Shown: positions 9,459 through 18,217, counted from the stretch's first letter. The stretch: 64,000 nucleotides of DNA from Vicinamibacteraceae bacterium (GCA_012270995.1 JAAXHG010000117.1:5636-69635); one strand, 5' to 3'. The notes: generated by a model from the letters alone, not told the origin. Numbers and translations are program-made.

Positions 9459-10851
9459 TCAGGCTGACCAGCACGTTCAGCGCTTCACGCGGCTCCAGCT
9501 TCAGCACACCGCCGCCCAACGGATGACCCTCGATCTCGCAACTGAGACGGGTCAGAGTCGTTTCCCACCGCCGGCGGAGGCGAGACGCAGTGACGCCTCT
9601 GTCGTTCAGCCGGACTCCGTGGACCGCGTTGGTACAGGTGCAACGGGCCTGGTTCTCGACTAGGGCGGGCCCCTCTCCGCTCATGTACGAGAGAAAGAGG
9701 TCGGGCACGGACACATGGGGCACCGCGTACCAGGGAGTTCGGATGCGACACTTGTAGCGCTTCCTGACTTCGAGGCCACGAGGCGAATCCAGGTAACGGC
9801 TGACCGTAACGGGCAGTGACGTCTCGGGTCCGAGCGCCAGCAGGAAGTTCGGCCTATCGTCCGTTCTCCAACCTGCAACCGTCTCTTCGGTGATCGCTCC
9901 GGCCTGGAGTTCCCGGCCGCTACGCACCGTTGGGCGGAACAGGTCCCCCGGGACTCCCAGTTCGTCCGCTTCGGATGGGCGGAGGTGAAAGAAGTCGTTG
10001 GCGCCGGAGACGTAGCCGATCCCAACGTTTGCCACGCGTCCGAGCGGGGTCGTCAGGTCGGAGTCTCTGAGCCTCTCGTAGGCGTCGCGAATCCGGCTCG
10101 GCAAGAGCATCGGCCGGAGCCGAGAGCCCCAGCGACGCCACTCTCGGACCGACACGCGCGTGTCGGCTATCGGCGGTTCGGACCGCAACACGAAACGCTC
10201 GTGGAGCGCGAGGTCAAAGTGGCCCGTCCTGCCGCCAAAGCCGTCGGCGTAGAGCAGCCAGACATCCTCCGACAGGTCTGCGAACAGCTTCTGCCGGACC
10301 GCAACCAGTTGCACCTCGTCAAAGTGACCGGCGAACCAGTCGAGGACCGGGGCCGCGTAAGGGGCATGGCCGATCTCAGCGGGCACGACGAACGCCATCC
10401 GGCCGCCGGGCCGAAGCAGAGAGGCGGTCACGATCAGGTACGGCGCCCAGGACGACGAGAGTCCCGACAACTTGGCGCCCAAGGTGGCGCAGAGCTTCAA
10501 AGCCTGCCGTCGCGTCTCGCCGGTGAACCGCTGGTAGCGGATGAACGGCGGGTTACCAGCCGCACAATCGAAGCGTTGTGTCGTAGACGCGGCCCAGTCG
10601 AAGAAGTCGGCACACTCGATCGTTCCGCGAGGTGCCGCCTCGGCCGCACTGGACACGGCCGTGGCGTCGCAATCGACACCGGTGCTGTGGGGGTGCAACG
10701 CGAGAAACCGGCCATCGCCGCAGGACGGGTCGAGCATGTGCTCGTTCGGGTCCCGAACAGCCCATCGAACGAGAGCTGCAGCAGTCTCTGGCGGCGTGTA
10801 GTAGGCCCCTCGGGCCTTCTGGTCGGTTACGTGATGCTCGACCGCCACCAT
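9379..10851 (-). CDS. N6-adenine DNA methyltransferase (gamma class)
   Basis: Motif I MLDPSCGDGRFL and motif IV AAGNPPFIRYQ. Probable start MVAVEHHVTDQKARGAYYTPP at 10851; the track ORF extends to 10959. Confidence 0.85.
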   Translation of the reverse strand: MVAVEHHVTDQKARGAYYTPPETAAALVRWAVRDPNEHMLDPSCGDGRFLALHPHSTGVDCDATAVSSAAEAAPRGTIECADFFDWAASTTQRFDCAAGNPPFIRYQRFTGETRRQALKLCATLGAKLSGLSSSWAPYLIVTASLLRPGGRMAFVVPAEIGHAPYAAPVLDWFAGHFDEVQLVAVRQKLFADLSEDVWLLYADGFGGRTGHFDLALHERFVLRSEPPIADTRVSVREWRRWGSRLRPMLLPSRIRDAYERLRDSDLTTPLGRVANVGIGYVSGANDFFHLRPSEADELGVPGDLFRPTVRSGRELQAGAITEETVAGWRTDDRPNFLLALGPETSLPVTVSRYLDSPRGLEVRKRYKCRIRTPWYAVPHVSVPDLFLSYMSGEGPALVENQARCTCTNAVHGVRLNDRGVTASRLRRRWETTLTRLSCEIEGHPLGGGVLKLEPREALNVLVSLNGDLEVDDERDLQEGVEILRRWRHRG

Positions 10852-11039
10852 CGCGGAGACACGCGGGCAATGGCCCCACGCGCGAGCCGAGAATACATGG
10901 TCGCGCAGCCCTCGGGCAGACAAACTGCCGACGGGCCCGGCTCCGCGGGCCGACGCCACTCCGAGCTCCCCCCACCGTCGTCGGCAGGAGATGGCACTTG
11001 CTACTCTCCGCGACCGGGGAGGTCCTCGAAGAGGAACAC

Positions 11040-11426
11040 ATGCCTGGGATGACTCGAGGACCGACGAACGGGCGGCGGGACTACGGCCAGCGGAGCCAGC
11101 GTCTGGTCTGGCTGGCGACCATCATGCTCCTGCCGACAGCACTGTGGGGAAGCTTGACGGAGGCGCAGGAGATCCCGGTCATCGCCGTCATGGTCGTTGC
11201 TCCCGAGGGCTCTCAGTCAGACGTTTCCGCGGCTCGATTGATCAGCGATGCATCGAAGATCTACGAATCCAACGCGTTGCTGTCGTTGCGATTCGCCGGG
11301 CTGGTCCGGTTGCCTCCCATCCCGGAACTACTGAGCGGCGACTTGGGCGCGATCCTGTCCGGCCGCACGCCAGCCCTGCGAGAGGTTCGCCAGGACGTTG
11401 AGCGCGAACGTCTTTGCCGCCGATGA
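11040..11426 (+). CDS. hypothetical protein with N-terminal hydrophobic segment (possibly a truncated secreted protein)
   Basis: In-frame ATG 11040 within track ORF 10632..11426: MPGMTRGPTNGRRDYGQRSQRLVWLATIMLLPTALWGSLTEAQE... No family recognised. Confidence 0.25.
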   Translation: MPGMTRGPTNGRRDYGQRSQRLVWLATIMLLPTALWGSLTEAQEIPVIAVMVVAPEGSQSDVSAARLISDASKIYESNALLSLRFAGLVRLPPIPELLSGDLGAILSGRTPALREVRQDVERERLCRR

Positions 11427-11578
11427 AGCTCACCCGGGAGAAGATCGAGGCAGCGCTTGACTGGGTCTATCGACAGGCGCCGTTGGCAACGCTGCGAAGC
11501 GACTCTTCATCGGCGGGTAACCGAGTTTGCGGTCGTCCGACTGACCTGTCCAACCAATCGCAAGGTCCGCCCGGCCTC

Positions 11579-11840
11579 TCAGCCGGCAAGCCGCGGCGCG
11601 AACTCCCGCGCGGCGGCCTCACCAAGAGCGGGGGAAGCGGACCGCCACGCGAGCCGAGCGGTCCGCTTCGCCAGCTTGGGAGCGGCATACACCCGCAACG
11701 GCGTACGGAACGACATCTCGCGTTACGAGGCGCTGGCCATGGTCGCTCCGGAGAGTCGAGCCGTGCTCGCGGACTGGCCATCCGCCGGAAGCCCGCTTCG
11801 GATGGAGAAGTTCATGAACGCGATCGACCGCGCCTATGAC
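11579..11840. pseudogene. scrambled fragment of the restriction endonuclease 3' end
   Basis: 11579-11693 (minus sense) reads VYAAPKLAKRTARLAWRSASPALGEAAAREFAPRLAG*. 11698-11840 (plus sense) reads GVRNDISRYEALAMVAPESRAVLADWPSAGSPLRMEKFMNAIDRAYD. Both match the C-terminus of ORF 8499..9458. Confidence 0.7.
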
Positions 11841-11846
11841 ACGATC

Positions 11847-12443
11847 TCACTCGCGCAACCACTTCACAGCCAGATCGGCCTCCTCCACGCTGAACTCCTC
11901 CGGGTCGAAGCTGTCTCCCATCCAGTCCACGATCTCCTCGTGCGCCGAATGGTCCTTGTCCTTGAGGATCTCGAGCTTGTCGTAGTAACCCCAGACACCG
12001 CCGGAGTCTTCGGGCGGACAGCGCCGCTTGCCGCCTATGCAGACCGGCAGCTTGACGGCGGGATCGTACGGGAGGATCTTCTGAAGGGTTACGCGGTGCC
12101 CCCATGAGTCGCCGAAGTCGTACTCGTAGGCCACGTGGTCCTTCTCGTGCCTCAGGACCTGTCCAATCCGGTGCTTCCTCTCATCGAGTTCCCGGGGTCC
12201 CCCAGGCAGCGCGAAGCCGTCACCCGACGGACTCGGAACGCTGTAGATCGTCCTGTCCTTGACGAACATGTGAAGATGACTGTCATCCCATCCCATAACC
12301 CCTTGAATGACCTCGTGCAGACCATTCATGGTCATCGAGGGCGATACGAGAACACGACGCCAGATCGGCGGCCTCGTTCCCCTCAGTCCGATCTTGAGCT
12401 GGTATGTGACGCGAGCGGGCATTGGGTCATGACTCCTCTTCAA
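11847..12443 (-). CDS. pRiA4b ORF-3-family protein, second paralog
   Basis: MKRSHDPMPARVTYQLKIGLRGTRPPIWRRVLVSPSMTMNGLHEVIQGVMGWDDSHLHMF... is colinear with 7906..8481 at roughly 55-60% aa identity by eye. Confidence 0.8.
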   Translation of the reverse strand: MKRSHDPMPARVTYQLKIGLRGTRPPIWRRVLVSPSMTMNGLHEVIQGVMGWDDSHLHMFVKDRTIYSVPSPSGDGFALPGGPRELDERKHRIGQVLRHEKDHVAYEYDFGDSWGHRVTLQKILPYDPAVKLPVCIGGKRRCPPEDSGGVWGYYDKLEILKDKDHSAHEEIVDWMGDSFDPEEFSVEEADLAVKWLRE

Positions 12444-12495
12444 TCCGGAAACTGCGGCCAGGCGCTCCGCGAAACCGATTCGTCGCCGTCCGGAA

Positions 12496-12789
12496 TCACG
12501 CCACGACGGGCCGCGGGCGACATCTTCCGCTAGTCCAGCGGCACGATCGTGCCCGGATCCTCAGAGCGCTGCCCCCGCTTCCAAGCCCGCCGCAACTCGT
12601 CCCGTGCAGGTCGGCCCACTCCATCACCAAGCCGAGGGCGCGCGCCGGGAACCGGCCCTTCAACACCGTCAGCCTGTCGATGCCGATCAACACGACCGCG
12701 CCGCCGTATCGGACGTGAAAGTGGGCCGGAGGTGTGTCCTCCTTCTCCATCTCGACGGCGATTCCGTAGAAGCGACTGACTTCATGCAC
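12496..12789 (-). CDS. DUF4160-family protein, probably frameshifted near 12603
   Basis: GTG start, (M)HEVSRFYGIAVEMEKEDTPPAHFHVRYGG.. is typical of DUF4160. After EWADLH the -1 frame reads the family-like tail RDELRRAWKRGQRSEDPGTIVPLD* (stop 12530-12532), whereas the in-frame tail is Gly/Ser/Arg junk. Confidence 0.65.
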   Translation of the reverse strand: MHEVSRFYGIAVEMEKEDTPPAHFHVRYGGAVVLIGIDRLTVLKGRFPARALGLVMEWADLHGTSCGGLGSGGSALRIRARSCRWTSGRCRPRPVVA

Positions 12790-12878
12790 CAGCGAGAGAG
12801 TTCCTCCGGCGAGAACCGTTCCTGAACCTGCGACCAGCGAACCCTACCAGCCGCGGGTCCGGTGACCTCCGTGCGGCC

Positions 12879-12938
12879 CTGGACGAACTCGATCCCCGGA
12901 ATGTCCCGAAGTCGTCTTCGTTCAAGGTTCAGTGGACG
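12879..12938 (-). pseudogene. remnant of a vapC 3' end (last ~20 codons)
   Basis: RPLNLERRRLRDIPGIEFVQ compared with the intact VapC C-terminus WTLNERDFADVPELEIVQ* (13616..). Lies directly after a vapB-like tail. Confidence 0.45.
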
Positions 12939-12939
12939 G

Positions 12940-13611
12940 TCAATCCTCGTCTCCGTGCCAACCTTCCCGCCGGGATGCACGGATTCTATCGATCTCGGCC
13001 TGAACGGCCTCGCCCGTGCGCGTCACCGGCGCCTGGCGAACGTCTTCCAGGTCACTGAGCATGCGCAGACGCTCGCCTTCGCTCAGGCTTCCCCGGGGCG
13101 CCAGTCGCAGGCCCGCGGTCGCCGTGACCTTCGTGCCGGCCGGGATGTCCTCCGTCACGACGCAGTTCACCCCGATGAAGACGTCGTCGCCGATCTCGAT
13201 GCTCCCGATCAGGCGACTGCCGGCGCCGACGAAGACGTTGTCGCCGAGGGTCGGCATCTGGTCCAGCCGCCTGCCGGTCGGGGCGCCGATCGTGACCTGG
13301 TGGAGCAACGTTCCGTTTCGCCCGATGCGCACGCCGTTGCCGATCACCAGGCCGATGCCGTGGCTGATGAACAGACCAGGTCCGATGCGTGCTCCCGGCG
13401 CGATGTCGACACTAGTGAGAAACAGCGAGAACCGAGCGAAGAACGGCCCCAGGACCGGGACGCGACGGCTCTTGAACCAGTGGGCGATCCGGTGGAGCAC
13501 GACGGCCTGGTAGCCGTTCTCGAACAGCAGCGACTCGAGCACGTAGAAAGGGAACGGCCTGGTCTTGATCGCGCGCAGGCGGCGCGTGTCCTCGCGCAGA
13601 TTCTTCAACAC
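12940..13611 (-). CDS. hexapeptide-repeat serine O-acetyltransferase-like protein with a vapB-derived C-terminal tail
   Basis: ..LKNLREDTRRLRAIKTRPFPFYVLESLLFENGYQAVVLHRIAHWF.. followed by left-handed beta-helix repeats IGPGLFISHGIGLVIGNGVRIG. Start is GTG 13611, TTG 13608 or ATG 13644. The last 48 aa resemble VapB 13987..14274. Confidence 0.8.
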   Translation of the reverse strand: MLKNLREDTRRLRAIKTRPFPFYVLESLLFENGYQAVVLHRIAHWFKSRRVPVLGPFFARFSLFLTSVDIAPGARIGPGLFISHGIGLVIGNGVRIGRNGTLLHQVTIGAPTGRRLDQMPTLGDNVFVGAGSRLIGSIEIGDDVFIGVNCVVTEDIPAGTKVTATAGLRLAPRGSLSEGERLRMLSDLEDVRQAPVTRTGEAVQAEIDRIRASRREGWHGDED

Positions 13612-13615
13612 GGGG

Positions 13616-13990
13616 TTACTGAACGATCTCCAGCTCGGGTACATCCGCGAAGTCGCGCTCGTTGAGCGTCCAGAGCGCCGCGCCCTGAACCAGGGCGCAC
13701 GCCGCGATCGCGATGTCCGCCTGGCGGCGGCGGGGCCGCGAGACGACTTCGTAGATCTCGGCAGCCCGGGCCGCGGCCTCCCCGTCGAACGGCACGGCGG
13801 CAGCGGCCGGCAGAATCTGCTCCTGCGCCAGTCGCTCCGCCACCGTTCGCGGACCGCGCAGCCACTCGTACAGAACCAGTGTGGAGATGCCCAAACGGTG
13901 GCCGTCCTCAACGAAGGACATCAACCGGTCGAACGAACGGTGAGGAGACACCAGAGCGTCCACCAGAGCCGAGGTGTCAAGGTGAATCAT
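13616..13990 (-). CDS. vapC: PIN-domain toxin VapC
   Basis: 124 aa, MIHLDTSALVDAL... The ATGA overlaps the upstream antitoxin stop. Confidence 0.85.
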   Translation of the reverse strand: MIHLDTSALVDALVSPHRSFDRLMSFVEDGHRLGISTLVLYEWLRGPRTVAERLAQEQILPAAAAVPFDGEAAARAAEIYEVVSRPRRRQADIAIAACALVQGAALWTLNERDFADVPELEIVQ

Positions 13991-14274
13991 CGCCGATCGG
14001 ATTCGCGGTCCCAGCCGACGCGACGGGATTCGCGGATCTCACGCAACTCGGCCTCGACCGCCTCCGCCGAGCCCGTCACCTGCGCACTGCGCAGTCGGCC
14101 GAGCACTTCCAGCATACGGAGCCGCTCGACCTCGCTCAGCCTGTCGCAACGGGCCGCATAGTCGGCGATCGCTTCGCGGACGATCTGGCTTTGAGGTTTG
14201 CCGAGCCGGTCCGCCGTTCGCCGAAGGCGCCGGACGGTAGCTTCGTCGAGTGAGTAGGTCGCGCGCACCACCAT
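13987..14274 (-). CDS. vapB: ribbon-helix-helix antitoxin (VapB-like)
   Basis: 95 aa, MVVRATYSLDEATVRRLRRTADRLGKPQSQIVREAIADY, an RHH-like N-terminus. Translationally coupled to vapC. Confidence 0.8.
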   Translation of the reverse strand: MVVRATYSLDEATVRRLRRTADRLGKPQSQIVREAIADYAARCDRLSEVERLRMLEVLGRLRSAQVTGSAEAVEAELREIRESRRVGWDRESDRR

Positions 14275-14289
14275 AAGGTGACAATACTG

Positions 14290-15249
14290 TCATAACTGCT
14301 CCGAACCTGCAGCTTGCGCGTGGTCCTCGCGCAGGTCGATCCCCGGCGGCGGCGCCATCGGCGCCCGGAGACCCTCGATCACGCCTCGGAGCTTGGCGAT
14401 GACGGCGCCCTGGTTGCCGTGGACGAGTTCGCGAAAGAAGGCCAGGAAGAGGCCCGCCGAGAGAAGCAGCAGGAACGAGCACCACTGCGCCGGCCCGCCG
14501 TAGCGGCGCACGAACAGCGCGGCGCTGCGGCCGTTGAAGTACGTCCGCGAGGCCCGGTAACCGCCGACCGTCCGCGCCACCATGTGGTAGAGCACCGCCC
14601 GGTGCGCGTAGTAGCAGCGGTAGCCGCGCGCCTTCATCCGCATGCACCAGTCCGCGTCGTCGAGGGCCAGGTGGAACAACGGATCCCAGAGGCCGATCTC
14701 CTCGACGACGCTCCGGCGCACCAGCATCGCGCAGCCGTTCACGTAGGGCACTTCCTCGTCGCGGTCGTACTGACCGAGGTCGACCTGGCCTTCGCCGCGC
14801 TCCCGGGTCATCGACTCGCGGAAGCGAATGCGGCCGCCGGCTGACCACAGCCGGTCGCGCTCCCCGTGGTAGAGGATCTTCGGGCCCACGCAGCCGATAG
14901 CGGGATCCGCCTCGGCTACCGCCACGAGCTCGTCGAGGAAGTCCGGCTCGACCTCGATGTCGTTGTTGAGCAGCAGGAGGTAGTCGACGCCGCGGTCGAC
15001 GGCAAGTGCGATCCCCCGGTTCATGCCGTGGACGACGCCCCGGTTCTCCTCGACCCGGATCTGAATGACGTTCGGGTGAGCGGACGCGACCGCCTCGAAC
15101 GAGCCGTCGCTGGAGCCGTTGTCGATGTGGATCAACTCGCAGGCGGCATAGGTCATCGCTTCAAGGCTCGCCAACGCCTGCAGCGTGATGTCGCGCCCGT
15201 TGTAGTTCAGGACGATGGCGGCGACCGTCGGTCCTTTCTTCCGAGCCAC
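14290..15249 (-). CDS. family 2 glycosyltransferase
   Basis: GTG 15249, (V)ARKKGPTVAAIVLNYNGRD...IDNGSSDGS...LLLNNDIEVEPDF. The track ORF is over-extended to 15915. Confidence 0.85.
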   Translation of the reverse strand: MARKKGPTVAAIVLNYNGRDITLQALASLEAMTYAACELIHIDNGSSDGSFEAVASAHPNVIQIRVEENRGVVHGMNRGIALAVDRGVDYLLLLNNDIEVEPDFLDELVAVAEADPAIGCVGPKILYHGERDRLWSAGGRIRFRESMTRERGEGQVDLGQYDRDEEVPYVNGCAMLVRRSVVEEIGLWDPLFHLALDDADWCMRMKARGYRCYYAHRAVLYHMVARTVGGYRASRTYFNGRSAALFVRRYGGPAQWCSFLLLLSAGLFLAFFRELVHGNQGAVIAKLRGVIEGLRAPMAPPPGIDLREDHAQAAGSEQL

Positions 15250-15393
15250 GCGGGGCAGCGTAACGCAGAGACGGCGGTTAACATCCGCGCCATGCGCCGA
15301 AGTGGACGCCGGCCGGCCGGCCGGCGCGTTTTCCCCGCCGCCCGCGGCGGCAGCCGGCGAGGGCGCCGGCGCAACCGGTATGCGGCCGCATCC

Positions 15394-16863
15394 ATGCGCC
15401 TCCTTCTCGCCGGAACGCTCGCTGTGCCGGTTGGCGCCGCGCCCGCGGCAACGCAAGTCACGGCCGAGTCCTCGAACGGAAGCAACGCTGAACAGGCGGC
15501 CACGGCCACGTGGCCGGGCTTCCGTGGACCAGACGGCGTTCCCGTTTCGGACAACGATCGTCTGCCGCTCCACTGGTCGACCACCGAGAACGTCGAGTGG
15601 AGCATCGACGTGCCGGGCTCCGGCTGGTCGTCGCCGATCGTCGTCGGCGACACCGTCTTCCTGACCACGGCGGCCAGACCGACGGAGGCGACCAAGCGGC
15701 CGGAGTTCGGCACCGAGTACAGCAACGAGTTCATGCGCGAGCTGCGGGAACAGGGGCTTCCCTGGGAGGAAGTCCTCAAGCGCCACGACGAACGCTTCAT
15801 CGAGTTCCCCGACGAGGTCGATCTCGACTACCAGTTGATCGCGTACTCGCTCGAGGACGGCGCTGAACTCTGGCGCCGCACCTTCTTCGCCGGACCGCCA
15901 CCTGGAGGCCGCCACTCGAAGAACACCTTCGCCTCGGAGACACCGGTCACCGACGGCGAGACGGTCTTCGTCTACACGACCGGTCTCGGCCTGTGGGCCT
16001 ACTCACTCGAGGGCGAGCTGCGCTGGGAGCGGCGGCTCGACTCGTTCCAGATCTACATGGACTTCGGGACCGGCGGCTCGCCCGCCCTCACGGACGACCT
16101 CGTCGTCATCCTGAACGACAACCAGGAGCACCCGTTCCTCGCCGCCTTCTCCAAACAGGACGGCCGCGAGTTCTGGCGCGCGGCCCGGGGACGGCTCGCC
16201 GCGCCGCACGCGCCCAACCACCGGACATCCTGGAGCACACCCTTCGTCTGGCGTCACGACGAGCGCACCGAGATCGTCGCTCTCGGCCCCTACACGGCAA
16301 TCAGCTATGACACGATGGGCCGGGAGCTGTGGCGACTCACCAGGCACTCGCTGCTGCCGGTGCCGACGCCTTTCGCCTACGGCGGCCTGCTCTACGTGAC
16401 GTCGGGCGTTCACGGAGACCAGAACCGCCCGATTACCGCGATTCGCCCCGGCGCCGCCGGCGATCTCACCCTGGCTGAGGACGAGACGAGCAATGAGTTC
16501 GTCGTCTGGAACGACAACCGCGCCGGTACCTACATCCCGACGCCGATTCCCTACAAGGGCTCCCTCTGGGTCGTCTACGACCACGGCATCTTCGCCCGCT
16601 ATGACGCGGCCACCGGACAGCGGCTGTACCGGGCGCGGATCGAGGACTCGAACGGCCACTTCACGACCTCGCCCTGGGCCTACCGGGACCGGATCTTCGC
16701 CACCGACGAGGCCGGCACGACGTTCGTCTTCGGAACCGGCGACGAGTTCGAGCAGCTCCACGCGAACCCGCTCGACGAGATGACCCTCGCGTCGCCGGCG
16801 TTGGCAGGCGACCGGCTAGTCATGCGAACGCGGTCGAAGCTGTACAGCCTCCGGGAACGCTGA
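15394..16863 (+). CDS. PQQ-like beta-propeller repeat protein, secreted
   Basis: Signal peptide MRLLLAGTLAVPVGAAPAA, then WPGFRGPDGVPVSDNDRLPLHWSTTENVEWSIDVPGSGWSSPIVVGDTVFLTT and repeated propeller blades. Confidence 0.8.
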   Translation: MRLLLAGTLAVPVGAAPAATQVTAESSNGSNAEQAATATWPGFRGPDGVPVSDNDRLPLHWSTTENVEWSIDVPGSGWSSPIVVGDTVFLTTAARPTEATKRPEFGTEYSNEFMRELREQGLPWEEVLKRHDERFIEFPDEVDLDYQLIAYSLEDGAELWRRTFFAGPPPGGRHSKNTFASETPVTDGETVFVYTTGLGLWAYSLEGELRWERRLDSFQIYMDFGTGGSPALTDDLVVILNDNQEHPFLAAFSKQDGREFWRAARGRLAAPHAPNHRTSWSTPFVWRHDERTEIVALGPYTAISYDTMGRELWRLTRHSLLPVPTPFAYGGLLYVTSGVHGDQNRPITAIRPGAAGDLTLAEDETSNEFVVWNDNRAGTYIPTPIPYKGSLWVVYDHGIFARYDAATGQRLYRARIEDSNGHFTTSPWAYRDRIFATDEAGTTFVFGTGDEFEQLHANPLDEMTLASPALAGDRLVMRTRSKLYSLRER

Positions 16864-16889
16864 CGCGCGAAGGGCGCATCCCACCGGCG

Positions 16890-18215
16890 CTACTGGAGCG
16901 CCCAGATGTAGACCGGCTTGGCCGCCACGTCATCGGGCAACTCCGGTGGGATGCCGTCTCCATGGAGGGTGAGCAGGAGTTTGCGCGCATCGGGAAAAGC
17001 CTCCCCCGCCGCCTCGAGCGCCCGCAGTTCCCGTTCAGCGGTCACCGGGTCCGATGCGTCGGCGCAAACCTGGATGAGCTCGCGACGCCCGTCGGCAAAG
17101 CGCACGAGGAAGTCGACCTCGTATCCCTTTCGAGTGCGCACGTAGGTCACGTCGAGCCGCCTGCGTTCGAGTTCGACCAGAACGGCTGTTTCGAGAGCAC
17201 GGCCCACGTTCGCACGCCCAGTGCGATCGAAGAGCGGAATCAGACCCGTATCGACGGGGTAGACCTTGCGCGGGTTGACCATGCGCTGCCGCTCCGAGCG
17301 CGCCTCCATCCACACCACACGGACGAGAAAGCAGTCCTCCAGGTAGCCGAGAAACCGATGCACCGTGTCCCGCGCAATCGCGAGCCCCTGCGACTTGACC
17401 GCGGCATGGAACTTCTCGACGCTGAACAGACTGCCGGCATTGCCGAGTAACTGCCTGACCAGCCACCGCAACCCGGTGACGTTGCTGACGTTGTGACGCT
17501 CTACGACATCGCGCAGGATGGCCACATCCACGTAGTCCCTCAGCAGCTGCTGCCTCGAGGCGGCCTCGAGGCCCTGCGCCTCGGGGAATCCGCCAGTACC
17601 GAGCCAGGCAGAAAAGGCTCGCTCCAGGCGCATCCGCTCTTCGCGAGCAAGTCCCTCCGTTTCACCCGGACCGGCGATGCCCTGGTGGAGAAGAGCCTCC
17701 TCGAAGCTGAACGGATGGATCAGCACTTGCCACGCGCGACCACGAAGCGCCGTGGCGATCTCTCGGGACAGCAGCGCCGCCGACGATCCCGAAACGAACA
17801 CCTCCACTTGCCGGGTGTCGAGCACCCGCCGCACGAAGCGCTCCCAACCCGGCACGAGGTGAACTTCGTCGAAGCACCACATCACCCCCGCGCCGTCCGG
17901 TCCCGAAGGCGCTAGTCGGTCGTACTCGTTGAGAAGGAAGTCTAGGTGGCGCGTCTCCAGGCCCGTCAACCGGTCGTCCTCGAACGACAGATAGGGCGCA
18001 TGACACGGCGCCTCGCCTTCCCGCGTCCACTCCCTCCTGAGCTGGTGCAGAAACGTCGTCTTGCCGGCCCTCCGCATCCCCACCACCGCGGTTACCTTCC
18101 CGGCAAACCGCGTGCGCCCTCTCACACGCCGCGGCGTGTGAGGAGGAAGTGGGTTCCGCAGCGACTCCGCGAGCAGCTCGGAGAGCTCCTGTCGTAGCTG
18201 GGTTGGTGCCTCCAC
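16890..18215 (-). CDS. AAA+ ATPase with DUF4143 domain (AAA_14 / COG1373-like)
   Basis: Walker A GMRRAGKTT and Walker B CFDEVH, then ..VSGSSA.. and a C-terminal GYEVDFLV..ELIQV module. Start is GTG 18215 preceded by GGAGGGAG. The track ORF is over-extended to 19061. Confidence 0.8.
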   Translation of the reverse strand: MEAPTQLRQELSELLAESLRNPLPPHTPRRVRGRTRFAGKVTAVVGMRRAGKTTFLHQLRREWTREGEAPCHAPYLSFEDDRLTGLETRHLDFLLNEYDRLAPSGPDGAGVMWCFDEVHLVPGWERFVRRVLDTRQVEVFVSGSSAALLSREIATALRGRAWQVLIHPFSFEEALLHQGIAGPGETEGLAREERMRLERAFSAWLGTGGFPEAQGLEAASRQQLLRDYVDVAILRDVVERHNVSNVTGLRWLVRQLLGNAGSLFSVEKFHAAVKSQGLAIARDTVHRFLGYLEDCFLVRVVWMEARSERQRMVNPRKVYPVDTGLIPLFDRTGRANVGRALETAVLVELERRRLDVTYVRTRKGYEVDFLVRFADGRRELIQVCADASDPVTAERELRALEAAGEAFPDARKLLLTLHGDGIPPELPDDVAAKPVYIWALQ

Positions 18216-18217
18216 AG

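Noticed and set aside
11414-12107. Plus-strand ORFs 11414..11839 and 11457..12107.
   Set aside because: They exist only because they read through the flipped REase fragment and then run antisense to the pRiA4b paralog. I interpret the area as pseudogene debris, not as genes.
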